64,000 bases of DNA from Planctomycetota bacterium (GTDB lineage: Bacteria; Planctomycetota; UBA1135; UBA2386): assembly GCA_965223545.1 (NCBI GenBank), contig OZ245006.1:320001-384000 (forward strand), read 5' to 3'. Below are positions 61,915-64,000 of this stretch, one piece after another (position 1 is the first letter of the stretch; every line of letters begins with the position of its first letter). The translations under genes and the position numbers were made by a program. Below the pieces are notes generated by a model. The model was given only the letters and a program-made list of their open reading frames with translations. It ran no database searches and was not told where the DNA came from.

Positions 61915-63999
61915 TCAGAACCGATAGGGAATCACCAGGGAGCGCAGCTCCGGCAACGGACTCGACGGGGTCAACGGAATGTTCGGCGCCGTGTTGTTCG
62001 GCGCGTCTTCCGAGTACCGCGTGTTGAACACGACGTCCCACTGCACGAAGGCAGCTCCGCCCATGAACTGTCGGACCTCCTCTTGCCGGGCCGGGTCGCC
62101 CAGGTCGTAGAGGAAGGTGCCGACCGTCGTCGGCAGGCGGTCGGGGTCGTCGCCCTTGGTAATCGGCGGCTGGCCGAGCTTCGGCGTCGGGTCCCGGTGG
62201 AACGCGAAGCCGATCTGGATGTTGGCCACCGGCAGGTTCTTCGATGTGGTCGCGCCGGTCGGCACCTGATAGGTCGGGCCAAGACCACGCGATCCGTTGG
62301 TGAACACCTGGACGAAGCGCTCGATCACAGCCAACCGCATGTCGTTCTGGCTGGGCAGCGAGCCCTGGTCCGGGCTGAGATAGACGACCCGCTGGTCGTG
62401 ACCGACGATCCGGAACTCGCCCAGCACCGTGCCACCCGAATCGGTGATCCGCGCCTGGTACTGCGAGTAGCGGTCGGCGATCGAGCCCATCACGGCGTCG
62501 GTCAGCGTCACCCGGTAGGCCAGCTCGCCCTCGAAGGTGCTGTTGCGATCGGCAGACGCGATCGAAGTCGGCGCCACGACGGTCGGGCCCTTCAGCGCGA
62601 TCCCGGTCACCGTCTGGTCGTAGTCCAGATACCCGGTCCAGTTCGAGCTGGTGTCCGCGTTGGTGCCGGTGAACGTGTAGGTCGGCCCGGCCAGGAAGTT
62701 CTGGCTCTCCTGAATGGTCCGCGCGCCGGGCCCGTTGGTGGCGAACGGAAGGCGCACCGACCGACCCGTGTCGATCCACTTCGAGCGCACGCGCGACTTG
62801 TGGCTGATCGGGCTCGGCAACAGCACCGGCGCCGGCCGGATGTCGCCCTCGTCGTCGATCGTGGCACCGTTCGAGTAGGTCAGGTTGCCCTCGTCGTCGA
62901 CCCACTCGCCCGCGCCGTTGAGGAAGCCGCGCCAGGCGAGGTAGCGGATCTTGTCGGCCGGGTCGGTCACCAGGTTGCCGTTGGCCTCGTAGAGCAGGAT
63001 GTTGTCGTCCAGCACCGTGTTGGTGCCGTCGGCGTTGTCGACACCGGCCGGCGCCATCAGCTGCACCAGACCCATGCCACCCAACGCACCACTCGGGTTG
63101 CTGTCCCACTGCGTGCGCGGGCTCGGCGGCGGATACTTGCCGAACCACTCGGCGCCACCGAACTGGCCCTGCGTACCCGTGCTGCCATCCGCCGAGATCG
63201 CGTACGAGTAGTCGCCGTTGGCGTAGGTCTCGCCGTGCATGGTGAGCTCGATGCGGTCACCCGCCATCAACACGACCATGCCGCCGGAGCCGCCGCCGCC
63301 GCCACCACCTTGGTTGTTGCCGCCGGCCTGCTCGCCGCCACCACCGGTGCCGCCATCCGCACTGACGACGCCCTGCGCGCCGATGCGGATCTTGCCCAGC
63401 GCCTGGATGACGAGCACGCCGCCGCCGGCGCCGCCGCCGCCGCCCTTGTTGTTCGAGATCCAGTTGTTGTTGCCGACGCTCGGCGCCTTGTCGCCGCCGC
63501 CGCCGCCGCCGGAGCCACCGATCGGCGCCGCCAGCTCACCGTTGATGCGAATCAACCGCGCCAGGTCGACGCCGCTGCCCCAGAAGTTGTTGTCCTTGCG
63601 CGAGTCGCGGAACACTTCGGGACCCGGCAGACCACCGGGCAGAGTGCGGCTGGCCGCACCGCTCGAACCGGAGCAGCCGTAGCCACCCTGGCCGATCTGC
63701 TGGACGAACGACGTGCCCTGCGCCTTGGCCGGGAAGTTGGGGTCGCCCTGCGTGGACATCGAGCCGCCACCGCCACCGGAACCACGGCTGCAGGAGCCCG
63801 CACCGAGCAGGCCGCCACCACCGCCGCCCTCCGGCACCTGGCCCGGGCCGAAGCCGGCCTCACCCGTCGGGCTCTGCCCGCTGGTGTTGGGGCTGCCGAC
63901 GCCACCGTTGCCACCACCGCAGCTGCCGACTCCACCACCGGTGACGAAGTTGGCCGAGCGCAGCGTGTTGACGCGGTCGCCCGCACCACCGTTGACCTG
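61915..63999 (-). CDS. Giant polyglycine-rich surface protein E (5'-truncated by the window edge)
   Basis: Frame stays open to the edge ('QVNGGAGDRVN...'); 'GGSGGGGGG', 'GGGGGAGGGVLVIQA', 'SKWIDTG', C-terminal 'PLPELRSLVIPYRF'. Confidence 0.8.
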   Translation of the reverse strand, partial: QVNGGAGDRVNTLRSANFVTGGGVGSCGGGNGGVGSPNTSGQSPTGEAGFGPGQVPEGGGGGGLLGAGSCSRGSGGGGGSMSTQGDPNFPAKAQGTSFVQQIGQGGYGCSGSSGAASRTLPGGLPGPEVFRDSRKDNNFWGSGVDLARLIRINGELAAPIGGSGGGGGGDKAPSVGNNNWISNNKGGGGGAGGGVLVIQALGKIRIGAQGVVSADGGTGGGGEQAGGNNQGGGGGGGSGGMVVLMAGDRIELTMHGETYANGDYSYAISADGSTGTQGQFGGAEWFGKYPPPSPRTQWDSNPSGALGGMGLVQLMAPAGVDNADGTNTVLDDNILLYEANGNLVTDPADKIRYLAWRGFLNGAGEWVDDEGNLTYSNGATIDDEGDIRPAPVLLPSPISHKSRVRSKWIDTGRSVRLPFATNGPGARTIQESQNFLAGPTYTFTGTNADTSSNWTGYLDYDQTVTGIALKGPTVVAPTSIASADRNSTFEGELAYRVTLTDAVMGSIADRYSQYQARITDSGGTVLGEFRIVGHDQRVVYLSPDQGSLPSQNDMRLAVIERFVQVFTNGSRGLGPTYQVPTGATTSKNLPVANIQIGFAFHRDPTPKLGQPPITKGDDPDRLPTTVGTFLYDLGDPARQEEVRQFMGGAAFVQWDVVFNTRYSEDAPNNTAPNIPLTPSSPLPELRSLVIPYRF

Positions 64000-64000
64000 C

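Overview
GC-rich bacterial chromosomal segment, densely coding, with about 46 plausible CDSs. I found no rRNA, tRNA, CRISPR array or transposase. A membrane-anchored ECF-sigma fusion, many HEAT and lipoprotein genes, the L28 type and a recurrent C-terminal 'GxGC...SNAL' domain suggest a Planctomycetota organism (inference). The left half (1-34.9 kb) mixes housekeeping and envelope genes: peptide ABC binding protein, TonB, sirtuin, 12-blade kelch protein, ECF fusion, a low-GC beta-helix enzyme, radical SAM, beta-barrel, nfeD-flotillin, moaA, rpmB, lgt, eboA-eboB-prfC, LolA-like, gnd, comM and nrnA-phosphoesterase-cutA. The right half (34.9-64 kb) is almost entirely on the minus strand. It carries a type IV pilus core (pilD, pilT, pilB, pilC, major pilin) followed directly by a GT2 + GT4 + TMTC-like GT-C glycosylation cassette, and it is flanked on both sides by five related giant surface proteins (Ig-like stalk, polyglycine-rich domain in three, shared C-terminal beta domain). 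This pilus/glycosylation/adhesin locus is the best candidate for an undescribed system. All family assignments come from motif recognition by eye, not from database searches, and several start codons were moved from the ORF track by inspection.
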